In this document: positions 1-9,156 of the stretch, in pieces
Layout: every line of letters starts with the position of its first letter
How positions within the stretch are numbered: position 1 is the stretch's first letter
From: a virus
Virus record (IMG/VR): IMGVR_UViG_3300005613_004097
Span: 32,001-96,000 of that record
Length of the DNA: 64,000 nucleotides
Reading direction: 5' to 3' (one strand)
Notes under the pieces: generated by a model
Database searches by the model: none
Told to the model about the DNA's origin: nothing
Seen by the model: only the letters and a program-made list of their open reading frames with translations
Position numbers and translations under genes: made by a program

Positions 1-26
1 CAAAGGGTGGTATTGTACATTTTGAT

Positions 27-509
27 ATGCAAGTATTCAAGATTCCTGTGTTCAGGATCGAGAATGGTCGAGTATATCTCAACTTTGATCTTCGTTATGA
101 GAATCAATTTTTTAAAGAATTAAGATATCTTTTGAAAAATAATGTTGATCTATTTCTTGTTTCAAGGAATCATTTCATACCGAGGAAAAGAAATCCAGAC
201 CACTGGATAAGTAATTCGAATGGGGTAGATGAGGATATCAGAAATTTTTTACACAATTATGCTCAAAGCTCAGTAAATAAAAAATTCAAAAAATATGATA
301 TAGATGCAATTGAACTGCTAATAAAATATGTTGACAGTGAGAATGCATTTGAAACACTATCTGAGGAATATACGAAAATAAATAAACAAATACAGACCGA
401 ACAATATGATTGGTTCCAATCAAGAAAATATTTCGATCATGATAGGTCGGTTCGTGAAGAGTATGATGGACTTTTACGAAGAATAAAATTAAAGAGGATA
501 TTGTTATGA
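27..509 (+). CDS. hypothetical protein with C-terminal RxxKLxxIL motif
   Basis: 160-aa ORF, ATGA overlap with next gene, ends RRIKLKRILL. Confidence 0.75.
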   Translation: MQVFKIPVFRIENGRVYLNFDLRYENQFFKELRYLLKNNVDLFLVSRNHFIPRKRNPDHWISNSNGVDEDIRNFLHNYAQSSVNKKFKKYDIDAIELLIKYVDSENAFETLSEEYTKINKQIQTEQYDWFQSRKYFDHDRSVREEYDGLLRRIKLKRILL

Positions 510-1384
510 AATGGACAAGTGAATTTGTAGGCCTCTTCGAGGATTCGAAAAAATATAAAAGGAAGTTGAAAATATCAAATATTCTCGATAAGAATGATAT
601 GCCGAATGGTAGTCCTTTTTTTCAAGGAAAAAAATTAAGGTGCGTCACTGATAAAGATTTCAGGTATACCGAAGATGAGATCGATTTCAAACTGAAACTT
701 GCAAAGGACTGTATGATGTATTTCCATGAAATTTTTAAAGTCCGTAATGGTAACAATAATCTTACATTGAGAACTGATCAAAAAAAGTTTATTGAAATGC
801 TTTACAATAACAGGTTCAATATGTTAGTCACTGCACGCCAATTTGGTAGCAGTACATTGATGGATTTTTTTATCATATTGAATATTTTAGAAGGAAGATC
901 TGTGAGTCTGTTTACGATACATGGTGATAGGGTAGAAAAATTATTGAAAAAAATATCACTGATGCCATATTATCTTCAGCCGGTGTTAAGACATTTCGAT
1001 GATTCCATTATTGAATTCAGAACTGATGCATCGATTCGTATCAATGATATTAACAATTTATTGGATGTTTGTATAATTGACGATATGGCCTATATCAATG
1101 ATGAAAACTCTATATATGATCGGGTGCTGTCACATTGTATTTCAACTACTGCATCCATGTCAGTAATATCAACACCTCAAATGGGTTCATATTTCAATGA
1201 GATATATCAGAAAAAAAGTCCTTTATTTGTTCATAAGAAATTCGCAATGATACCTAAATTCTATCATAAAAGTGGATTGAGTAGGTACAGTTATGAGCAA
1301 GAGTATAATTGTGTCATGGATGAAAAATTACTGAAAAAATATAAGAGACAGGATCTGATCGGTAAAATCACTGGTGATCCATAA
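506..1384 (+). CDS. degenerate, truncated terminase large subunit-like ATPase (no nuclease domain)
   Basis: LTLRTDQ, ARQFGSST (Walker A-like, Lys missing), IIDDMA (Walker B-like), ISTP coupling motif, YEQEYNC; only 292 aa. Confidence 0.7.
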   Translation: MKWTSEFVGLFEDSKKYKRKLKISNILDKNDMPNGSPFFQGKKLRCVTDKDFRYTEDEIDFKLKLAKDCMMYFHEIFKVRNGNNNLTLRTDQKKFIEMLYNNRFNMLVTARQFGSSTLMDFFIILNILEGRSVSLFTIHGDRVEKLLKKISLMPYYLQPVLRHFDDSIIEFRTDASIRINDINNLLDVCIIDDMAYINDENSIYDRVLSHCISTTASMSVISTPQMGSYFNEIYQKKSPLFVHKKFAMIPKFYHKSGLSRYSYEQEYNCVMDEKLLKKYKRQDLIGKITGDP

Positions 1385-1409
1385 ACAAATGAATGTCAAT
1401 GAGTTATAA
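1382..1409 (+). promoter_or_regulatory. putative phage middle promoter TAAAC-N18-TATAA
   Basis: Same motif and spacing found before five genes (1382, 20206, 34819, 41581, 58606). Confidence 0.65.
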
Positions 1410-1431
1410 TAATTAAAATAACTCAAATGAT

Positions 1432-2412
1432 ATGTTATTGAATTTAATATTAGATGGTAATTACCTACTTTCAAAATTGGTATTTACACTTCACAAGAAC
1501 AACCTATTATATGGTGCTTTAGAACAAGCGCTCGAAAAATCAATTGAAAACTACAAGAAAATGTATCCGTTTCACAGGATATATCTCGTCTCAGACTCGA
1601 AACAATTGTCTTGGAGGAAAAAATTGAATAAAAAATACAAATCAACCAGAAAGAAGGATTCTGATATAGATTGGAAATTCGTTTATGATACTTATGATTC
1701 ATTCAAAGAATCCAGAAGCTACATCACTGTGCTTGAGTCCTCAGGAATAGAAGGTGACGATTGGATAGCACTTTTATGTGAAAAAACAAATGCAAAAAAC
1801 GAATCAAACTTCATAGTTACAAATGACCATGATATAAAACAACTTGTCAGGTTGAACACTGATGATGAATGGTTGAATTTCATGTCAAATGAAATGTATA
1901 ATAACAAGAATGTTTTCATGCCGAAAAATTACAGGATACTTGTAAGTAAGATAAAGCAAAGACCAAATGATGATATTTTCAATCTTAACAATGATACAGA
2001 ATTCATTGAACTTATAGAAACCTTATCCAAGAAATATAACATGAAGGAAATTGATTGGCAAGAATCTTTAGTCATCAAGTTGATTTCTGGTGATAGGTCT
2101 GATAATGTAAAGTCTGTTTACCTCAACCGCATGAAGAATGGAAAGCTAAGAGGTATCGGGGAAAAGGGTGCTGAAAAGATATATGAGAATTATCAGAGTG
2201 AGTTCGGTCAGATAGATATCAACGATCCCGACATGGGTGAGAATATCGGTGATATCATATGTGAAATGAAAAAATTATCAAAGACAAAGATACAGGACAT
2301 TTCCAAGAGGGTTGCTCAAAATAGAAAGATAATTGAACTTAAAACAGCATATTTTCCTGAGGAAATACGCGAAACTCTCGAAAAAAAATGGAAAGAGATA
2401 AATGAGATTTGA
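1432..2412 (+). CDS. rnh: T4 RNase H-like 5'-3' exonuclease (FEN1/PIN fold)
   Basis: ILDGNYL, SWRK..YK..RK, EGDD, NDHD, GDRSDN, GIG motifs. Confidence 0.85.
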   Translation: MLLNLILDGNYLLSKLVFTLHKNNLLYGALEQALEKSIENYKKMYPFHRIYLVSDSKQLSWRKKLNKKYKSTRKKDSDIDWKFVYDTYDSFKESRSYITVLESSGIEGDDWIALLCEKTNAKNESNFIVTNDHDIKQLVRLNTDDEWLNFMSNEMYNNKNVFMPKNYRILVSKIKQRPNDDIFNLNNDTEFIELIETLSKKYNMKEIDWQESLVIKLISGDRSDNVKSVYLNRMKNGKLRGIGEKGAEKIYENYQSEFGQIDINDPDMGENIGDIICEMKKLSKTKIQDISKRVAQNRKIIELKTAYFPEEIRETLEKKWKEINEI

Positions 2413-2731
2413 TATATGGGATTCATATGTGGACTCTGTTTTGAATGTACAAAACCCTGTTTTAAAAAAACATTTGGTCCGGTATTTGAATGTCAGTCAA
2501 GTGACTGACTCTTTGAAGGAGACACTTATCGATGTTTGTGATAAAATTGATAAACTAAAGGAAAACGAGACAAAGAAAGGATCTGAATTACACATCGTGT
2601 GTAAGGATGCACCATTGAACTTTGATTGTTTTCTGACCTATGACCAACTTTTTGAAATAATCCCCATAGAATATTTTGAAAAGTATGAAAAATCACTTCT
2701 AAGGAAATGGAAACTCAATAAGTTATTATGA
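2402..2731 (+). CDS. hypothetical protein with C-terminal RxxKLxxLL motif
   Basis: Coupled ORF ending RKWKLNKLL. Confidence 0.7.
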   Translation: MRFDIWDSYVDSVLNVQNPVLKKHLVRYLNVSQVTDSLKETLIDVCDKIDKLKENETKKGSELHIVCKDAPLNFDCFLTYDQLFEIIPIEYFEKYEKSLLRKWKLNKLL

Positions 2732-3120
2732 ATCTTCTTGAAATAACAAATATAATGTTCAAAGACCGTGAAAAGTGGTCAACTGTAACTGCACAGGATA
2801 AGATCAAGAATTCCTTTATAATAAACAGATTCTTTGCAAAGAAAGAACCAGAACTAGCACAGTCCTTGAACTTCAAGGATTCTGATCCGGTAGTTGTGAT
2901 GGATACATGGTTCCATTACATGCAAAATAAACCTTATCCAAGATGGTTCTGGTCGAAATCAAAAAAAAAGACCGACAAGTTGACCAATGAGGATAAGTTG
3001 ATGATGGAAGAATTTTCTTTGGATAGAATGAGTATGGATTTTTTAAAGGAGAATTTCGAACAAGAATATAAACAAGAACTAAAATTAATAAAAACAAGAT
3101 TAAAAAATGGAAAAAAATAA
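2728..3120 (+). CDS. clamp loader small subunit-like (T4 gp62-like)
   Basis: FIINRFFA ... PRWFWSK pattern, size 130 aa, replication context. Confidence 0.6.
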   Translation: MNLLEITNIMFKDREKWSTVTAQDKIKNSFIINRFFAKKEPELAQSLNFKDSDPVVVMDTWFHYMQNKPYPRWFWSKSKKKTDKLTNEDKLMMEEFSLDRMSMDFLKENFEQEYKQELKLIKTRLKNGKK

Positions 3121-3649
3121 GATGAATTGGTATGTGATAAAAGTTCAGAACAACAGAGAGAAAAAAGTATTGCAGAAAATAATCGAGCAACTTGAATCTG
3201 ATGAACTTTCACATGTTATCGGAGAATCTATCGTGCCTGTAGAGAAACACGTCACTATGAAGAATGGGAAAAAACAATTCAAAGATAAAGTTGTTTACCC
3301 TGGATACATTTTCTTGGAGACAAATGCGATTGGTGAGATCAATAATGTGATCAGACAGACCGATGGTGCAGGTGGTTTCGTAAAGCAACGAGATGGATCT
3401 ATCATACCTATGAGAACTCGTGAAGTTGAGAAATTGTTCAAGGACCAGCAGAAAGAAGACGATATCGATATAACAAAGCTGTTCGTATCTGGTGAAGAGG
3501 TCAAGGTGATTGATGGAGCATTTGCTTCTTTCAAAGGAAGTATCAAAGAAATAAATGCTGATAAACAAAGATTGAAGGTAGAGATCGCCATTTTCAATAG
3601 AATGACAGATATTGACCTTGATTTTGCACAGGTTGAGAAATTAAGTTAA
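3107..3649 (+). CDS. nusG: transcription termination/antitermination factor NusG
   Basis: NWYVI..., YPGYIF NGN domain; GEEVKVIDGAFASFKG KOW; VEIAIFNR. Confidence 0.95.
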   Translation: MEKNKMNWYVIKVQNNREKKVLQKIIEQLESDELSHVIGESIVPVEKHVTMKNGKKQFKDKVVYPGYIFLETNAIGEINNVIRQTDGAGGFVKQRDGSIIPMRTREVEKLFKDQQKEDDIDITKLFVSGEEVKVIDGAFASFKGSIKEINADKQRLKVEIAIFNRMTDIDLDFAQVEKLS

Positions 3650-3650
3650 G

Positions 3651-4406
3651 ATGGGCCTAAAAAAGACGGTAAGTAAGGACAGGAAAATATACGGCCAGTT
3701 CAAGGTTTATTCACCTGATGATGTTCTGATGTTCCATTGTGGTAAGAAAAAGGTAGATTGGTATCTTAAAAGAGATCTTGCTGAAAAGATAGCTCACAAT
3801 GTTATAAGATTGACATTTCAACCGAAAGGTTATGGCAATCATAATGATGAGTTCGGACTGACGAATATGGAAAACAGGTGTGTGAATTGTGGTGATCGGG
3901 AACACTTGACACGACATCACATTGTTCCTTATTGCTATAGACGACATTTTCCTCTTGAAATGAAGTCGCATGATTTCCATGACATAGTTGCCATGTGCGC
4001 TTCGTGTCACGAATCATATGAGAAGTTGGCATTTCAACTTAAAACCGAATTGTCTGAAACATACAATATCTCACTCAATGGAACGAGAGAATTTGATAGA
4101 GATACTTTCAATATGCAAAAGAAACTTTTTGCACTTCAACTTGATAATGTGCCTCAAAGTAGGAGAGATCAATTGAAAACTGAAATAAAACAACATTTCG
4201 GTTGGAAAAGATTGACAAAGAAAAGAATCGAGTGGTTGGAGAACAAAACGGTAAGGAAGCAAATAAAAACACATGGTGAACTATTGGTTGAGAAATTGGA
4301 AGACTTTGATGAATTCATCATATTGTGGAGGAAACATTTTTTAAGAAACAATAATCTTGAATTCCTACCTGAAACTTGGTCTGTGGATTATAAAAAAATA
4401 AAATAG
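3651..4406 (+). CDS. HNH-like nuclease (EXD2 C-terminal domain-like)
   Basis: CVNCG...LTRHHIVPYCYRRHFP..KSH..HDIV.MC..CH; ends in TAG. Confidence 0.8.
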   Translation: MGLKKTVSKDRKIYGQFKVYSPDDVLMFHCGKKKVDWYLKRDLAEKIAHNVIRLTFQPKGYGNHNDEFGLTNMENRCVNCGDREHLTRHHIVPYCYRRHFPLEMKSHDFHDIVAMCASCHESYEKLAFQLKTELSETYNISLNGTREFDRDTFNMQKKLFALQLDNVPQSRRDQLKTEIKQHFGWKRLTKKRIEWLENKTVRKQIKTHGELLVEKLEDFDEFIILWRKHFLRNNNLEFLPETWSVDYKKIK

Positions 4407-4409
4407 AAT

Positions 4410-4853
4410 ATGGAATTGATCACAACAAAAACAGCACTTGCTTCTGATATGGGTGTGTCAGGAAATCTGTTCGGTGGTGTCATGCTTTCTTGGCTTGACC
4501 TGAGCGGCGCGGCATACGCATCTCAAGTATGTGATTCACCGAGATTGGTAACGGTGAAATTCGAAGAGGTCATATTTGAAAGACCTGTCAAAATAGGAAA
4601 TCTCATAAAAATATATGCAGATGTCGTTAGATTTGGGAAAACTTCGATAACCATAAAAATAGAAGCCAGAAAACACAATGTAGAGACAGGCACTCAGCAA
4701 TGTGTGACCAAAACAATTGCCGTATTTGTGAAGATAAATGAGGATGGTGATCCTATACCTATACATGAGAATTTAAAGAATAGGTATCAGGAGAGAAAGG
4801 AAAAATACGGAAGAGCACTTCTGACACCGGAAGAATTCGATTGTCAAGTTTAA
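4410..4853 (+). CDS. acyl-CoA thioesterase, YciA-like hotdog fold
   Basis: GNLFGGVMLSWLD, VTV...F..PV.IG, GKTSI motifs. Confidence 0.9.
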   Translation: MELITTKTALASDMGVSGNLFGGVMLSWLDLSGAAYASQVCDSPRLVTVKFEEVIFERPVKIGNLIKIYADVVRFGKTSITIKIEARKHNVETGTQQCVTKTIAVFVKINEDGDPIPIHENLKNRYQERKEKYGRALLTPEEFDCQV

Positions 4854-4956
4854 TATATAGGTGTAAGGTATATACCAGAGTTGGGTATGTGATATTGGTC
4901 GGTATGTGCCTCAAAAAACAGAATGAATATGGAAGAGTGTTCCAGTGAACTGACAG

Positions 4957-5181
4957 ATGAAGATAGTAAAAAAAAGATTGGCAGATATTTTTCTATTCGC
5001 CGCGGCATTTTTCAATCCGTTCGGGTTCGATGCTGCTCAGATGTTGCTGATCAAATTTTTAGGATCTTTGTGGAAGGCCAATCTGGCTTTGTATTTCCTT
5101 TCGGCACTTTGCTTTGGATTTTATATTGTATTCTCTAAGACAGATCCATTTGATGTCATAAAAAAACTAAGAAAGAAATGA
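4957..5181 (+). CDS. small two-TM membrane protein (holin-like candidate)
   Basis: Two hydrophobic segments, basic termini, late motif TAATATATA at 4851-4859. Confidence 0.6.
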   Translation: MKIVKKRLADIFLFAAAFFNPFGFDAAQMLLIKFLGSLWKANLALYFLSALCFGFYIVFSKTDPFDVIKKLRKK

Positions 5182-5726
5182 TAAAGAAATTCAGTCAATA
5201 TAACGAAAACTTTCAGGATACACCTGAGGAGTATATCAAAACTGCCTTGATGAAGATAAAAAACAAGATAGATGGATTTTTCGAAAAGGAGCCAGAGCGA
5301 GATCCAAATGAGGTGATATCAATGAGTCAGGCGATCGAACAGGGAAAGAAAAAATCAAAGAAGGATAAGAACATGTCACTTTCTGATATGGGGTTGAGTA
5401 TCGAGTCGTCAGAACTCAGTAAATACTCTGCTCTTTATGATAATGTTACTTTCAAGTTCTCTGATCCTGAGTTCTGGTATAATCTTTACATTACTATCCC
5501 ACTGAATTACATTGAGATGGACAAGGAATCTGATTTTTCAGATACTGATATAGAAGAATGTTCGATAAAATTCAAAAAATACAATTACGAGAACAATATC
5601 ATCGGACAGTTAGGTCCGAGAAAGGTCAAGATAGAAGATATTGATGAGACATTTTTGGTCGATCTTAAAATTGAATTGGACGAGGATTTTCCGAGTGAAG
5701 AGGAAGAATTTGAAATAGAGACCTGA
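5178..5726 (+). CDS. acidic hypothetical protein with capsid-targeting-like leader
   Basis: Starts MIKKFSQYNE. Confidence 0.7.
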   Translation: MIKKFSQYNENFQDTPEEYIKTALMKIKNKIDGFFEKEPERDPNEVISMSQAIEQGKKKSKKDKNMSLSDMGLSIESSELSKYSALYDNVTFKFSDPEFWYNLYITIPLNYIEMDKESDFSDTDIEECSIKFKKYNYENNIIGQLGPRKVKIEDIDETFLVDLKIELDEDFPSEEEEFEIET

Positions 5727-5746
5727 TCCTTTGTGATATATATTTC

Positions 5747-6232
5747 ATGTCGTTCAATGTAGTAACTAATATGAGGGTGATGCAGGATATCAAGAAATCG
5801 CCATATTTTAAACCCAATTTAGGAATGGTGGCCACCATTGACAAAGCTGGTGATAGAATCTATAATGAAAGAGATAAATTCGCTTTCTTCTATAATAATC
5901 GATATAGGACAACTATTTATGGACAAGGAAACTTAGGGGATATCATGTTCTATGTGGATCATTACATCCGTGATAACCAACTTGCTTTTTACAAAGAACA
6001 GGAAGAATTTATTTTTGACCATGATCCTAAGATGATCGAAGAGAAGGGTATAAATTTCTTTTTAGGTGATATCTTAAAAAGGATCGATGAAAAATATAAA
6101 GAGCGAGTTCAACAGGCAGAGGATAAGAAAATAGAGATACCGAAATCAGATCCTAATAAGATAATTCAAAATCCAGGTGCAGTTTCATATGAGGATCTTA
6201 AGGCTTATTTGCAAAGCAAGAACAAGTTATAA
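5747..6232 (+). CDS. hypothetical late protein
   Basis: 161-aa ORF after TGATATATA (5734-5742). Confidence 0.7.
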   Translation: MSFNVVTNMRVMQDIKKSPYFKPNLGMVATIDKAGDRIYNERDKFAFFYNNRYRTTIYGQGNLGDIMFYVDHYIRDNQLAFYKEQEEFIFDHDPKMIEEKGINFFLGDILKRIDEKYKERVQQAEDKKIEIPKSDPNKIIQNPGAVSYEDLKAYLQSKNKL

Positions 6233-6463
6233 TGAGCACATTCTTAAAAGATGATCGTGTATCTTGATCTTTGTGTATTCGTCAATATCCTCAAAGTAAT
6301 AAGGTATGTCAAGGTCATCATCAAACTCGTGTAGAATAATGTGGTCAGTTTCCCTATCCCATTCTATGGTGTCAAAACAATAATCATTCACATTCATTTT
6401 CAGAATTATCTCATTGTGTGTGATGCCCAATAGTTTGATATATGTTCGTATATTTTTTTCCAT
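6227..6463 (-). CDS. hypothetical protein
   Basis: 78-aa ORF, near-consensus AAC-N18-TATAA upstream (6475-6500). Confidence 0.6.
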   Translation of the reverse strand: MEKNIRTYIKLLGITHNEIILKMNVNDYCFDTIEWDRETDHIILHEFDDDLDIPYYFEDIDEYTKIKIHDHLLRMCSL

Positions 6464-6502
6464 ATTACACTCATTTATATTGAAATTTCAGATAAAAGTT
6501 AT

Positions 6503-6510
6503 TATATTTG
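6503..6510 (+). promoter_or_regulatory. Bacteroidota housekeeping -7 element (TATATTTG), early promoter
   Basis: TAnnTTTG 4 nt before ATG 6515; about 13 such sites precede genes in this window. Confidence 0.75.
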
Positions 6511-6514
6511 TACC

Positions 6515-7696
6515 ATGTCAAAAAAGCAAAAATACTATCTTCCAACTTATGAGCAAGCTGTTTCAATGTGTGAGGCAAATGGTAATTTGCTTTTCTATGA
6601 GACCAAGCACAAACTAGATGGGTATGATATTTCCATATTCAATTATAGACTTGCTCAATGGTCAGATTTCGAAGACCCACTGAAAGATGGTGGGTCAGTA
6701 AAAGCATATGAGATGAGAGGACTTGTATTTGTCTTCGATAAGGATGGATCATTATACGATAGATTTTTATTGATGGATAAGTTCTTCAATCTTGGTCAAA
6801 CACCATCTAGTGAGTTGTCTGTTGTAAAGGATCTTAAAGTGAATCGAGTATTCAATAAAGAAGATGGTTCAATTGCAAGTTTCATCAAACTTCCAAACGG
6901 CAGAGTTTTTGGTAAAAGCAAGACCTCATTTTCAAGTGATCAGGCAATTGAGATACAAAAGATATATGACACTGATATGAACATCAAAAGATGTGTCGAT
7001 CATTTTCTTGACAATAATATTGTTCCGATATTCGAGTATGTGTCTCCAAGGAATAGAATTGTGGTTTCTTATCAAGAAACTGAATTGATACTATTGCAGC
7101 TCAGAGATAACTTGACCGGTGAATATCTTGACATCGATAGATTTTCTCATGTCCTACATGGTGTCAGAGTTGCTGAGAGTGAAGATATCACTTTAGAGAA
7201 GGCAATTCAATTGGCATCTTATATCAAAGACAAGGAAGGTTGGGTATTTCAATTCAGTGATGGTACAATGATCAAGTTGAAAACTCTTTGGTATTTCAAC
7301 TTACATAAATTGTTCACTGATGAGATCAACAGAGAGAACACTTTACTTGCCATGATATTGAATGATACGATCGATGATGTTATCTCACAATTGGGTAATG
7401 ATGAAACTGCCAAATTGACAAAGAATGAGATATCATTTACAATAGATGTTGTGAATTTCAAGATCGGTCAGTTATCTGATGAGATAGGTGTTTTACTATC
7501 AGAATATACAGGTGATAAGAAAGAATTTGCTATCAGATACAGAAAACACCATCTGTTCCATTTTGCAATGGGTATCATCGGTGGTAAGAATAAGATCGAT
7601 ATGATACGGGAATATCTATTGAAGAAAACTGCCAGGTTACAGACTGCTAGAAAGTGGCTTGATACTGCGAAGATGGATTATCTAAAGTGTCATTGA
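6515..7696 (+). CDS. T4 Rnl1-family RNA ligase
   Basis: KFFN, NKEDGS (motif I), FEYVSP.NRIVV, KEGWV, KLKT.WY. Confidence 0.9.
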   Translation: MSKKQKYYLPTYEQAVSMCEANGNLLFYETKHKLDGYDISIFNYRLAQWSDFEDPLKDGGSVKAYEMRGLVFVFDKDGSLYDRFLLMDKFFNLGQTPSSELSVVKDLKVNRVFNKEDGSIASFIKLPNGRVFGKSKTSFSSDQAIEIQKIYDTDMNIKRCVDHFLDNNIVPIFEYVSPRNRIVVSYQETELILLQLRDNLTGEYLDIDRFSHVLHGVRVAESEDITLEKAIQLASYIKDKEGWVFQFSDGTMIKLKTLWYFNLHKLFTDEINRENTLLAMILNDTIDDVISQLGNDETAKLTKNEISFTIDVVNFKIGQLSDEIGVLLSEYTGDKKEFAIRYRKHHLFHFAMGIIGGKNKIDMIREYLLKKTARLQTARKWLDTAKMDYLKCH

Positions 7697-8510
7697 AAAC
7701 TGAAAGGAATTTCTCAGATTCTCTTGATCGTCTTTTCGATAGAGATTCTTTGAATTTTTCTTTCAGTTTATATTTTTTTATCATCTCTCCTGCCTTTTTA
7801 AGATTGCCTCGCTTTATCTTCTGTATAAGATTACTTTCTCGTAGAGATCCGACTCCTGAATTGAAAGCCAGTGAAACAAGTACATCAAATTGATCCTGTG
7901 TGAGTTTCACATCTATTCCTTTCTCTTCCCACTCTTTGAAGATCTTTCTCACACCATCGGCAGCTATTTTAAGATCTTCTTCTAATAATTCCTGAGCTCT
8001 TTCTCGTGTTATCTCATCTCCTACTTTATACTTTGATCGTCTTATTTTCTCTGCATGTCCCCATCCGATTGTAACCATACCATCACCAAGTTTATATGCT
8101 TTCAGAACAGGTTCTCCCTTTTCCTTTGCACTTCCTTCTTCATATTTAATTGATTTCCAACCCTCGCTTGAAAGTCTCATCTTGGTGACATCTTTGAACT
8201 TACTTTCAAATTCATCGAGTTTTGATGTTATCTCATCTTCTAGTTTTGGTTCTATCTGTTTTATTTCTTTTTTGATCGATTCGTCCTTGATTATTGTTTC
8301 TATCATGACGGGAGGTGCTATCATTAACATTGAGGCTATCAAATAACCAATTATCTTTTTCTGTCTTTCAAAATTGAGCTTCTTGATCTTCTTTAATGTG
8401 GATAAAAATGTTGATCGAAGCATATTCAGATTTGATTCATTGATTGTCGATAATCTCTGGTCGATGAATTCTTTTATTTCTGATTCTATGAATTGTTGAT
8501 AATTCTTCAT
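7647..8510 (-). CDS. GH24 phage lysozyme with N-terminal extension (start revised to ATG 8510)
   Basis: EEG...YKLGDG..TIGWGH, QDQFDVLVSLAFNSG; leader MKNYQQFIES; late motif 8562-8570. Confidence 0.85.
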   Translation of the reverse strand: MKNYQQFIESEIKEFIDQRLSTINESNLNMLRSTFLSTLKKIKKLNFERQKKIIGYLIASMLMIAPPVMIETIIKDESIKKEIKQIEPKLEDEITSKLDEFESKFKDVTKMRLSSEGWKSIKYEEGSAKEKGEPVLKAYKLGDGMVTIGWGHAEKIRRSKYKVGDEITRERAQELLEEDLKIAADGVRKIFKEWEEKGIDVKLTQDQFDVLVSLAFNSGVGSLRESNLIQKIKRGNLKKAGEMIKKYKLKEKFKESLSKRRSRESEKFLSVFNDTLDNPSSQYQATF

Positions 8511-8601
8511 TTTACATTTTTCCAAATTTTGACTCGCATTTTTTTAGATGTCTCATAGTTGTATATATTAAAAATGATCATTATTTTTGAAAAAAAAACA
8601 A

Positions 8602-9120
8602 ATGAAAGAACAAGCTAAACAATTCGCATTCAAAGCACACCAAGATGTAAATCAAAAATATGGTGATAAACCATATTCATATCACTTACAAATGGTTGTA
8701 GATGCTGGTGAAGAATTCATTCACCTCATCCCCGAAAACAAACGAGATATTGTGATATCAGCATGTTATTCTCACGACCTTATTGAAGATGCCAGAATGA
8801 CTTACAATAATGTGAAACAAGTTCTTGGTGAGGAAGTTGCTGAAATAGTATATGCTCTCACTAACGAGAAAGGAAGAACAAGAAAAGAAAGAGCCAATGA
8901 TAAATATTATCAAGGTATCAGAGAAACTCCTTTTGCTTCTTTTGTAAAAGTGTGTGATAGAATTGCCAATGTTAGGAATTCAAAAGCAGAGGGTAGTAGA
9001 ATGTTTGAAATGTATAAAAAAGAGAATCAAAATTTCGTTGACAAGATATATGATGAAGATTACAAAGAGATTTTTGATTATCTTGATTCATTATTCCGAT
9101 TAAAAAATTTGGTAGTTTAA
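8602..9120 (+). CDS. RelA/SpoT-type HD hydrolase (small alarmone hydrolase / Mesh1-like)
   Basis: FA..AH..Q.Y...PY..H, HDLIED, VKVCDRIAN; TATTTTTG promoter at 8582-8589. Confidence 0.85.
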   Translation: MKEQAKQFAFKAHQDVNQKYGDKPYSYHLQMVVDAGEEFIHLIPENKRDIVISACYSHDLIEDARMTYNNVKQVLGEEVAEIVYALTNEKGRTRKERANDKYYQGIRETPFASFVKVCDRIANVRNSKAEGSRMFEMYKKENQNFVDKIYDEDYKEIFDYLDSLFRLKNLVV

Positions 9121-9138
9121 AAAACTTCCTTATATTTG
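9108..9138 (+). promoter_or_regulatory. Bacteroidota-type promoter (-33 TTTG / -7 TATATTTG) driving the CUA tRNA
   Basis: TTTG 9108-9111 and TATATTTG 9131-9138. Confidence 0.75.
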
Positions 9139-9156
9139 TATCATATAAAGAAACAA

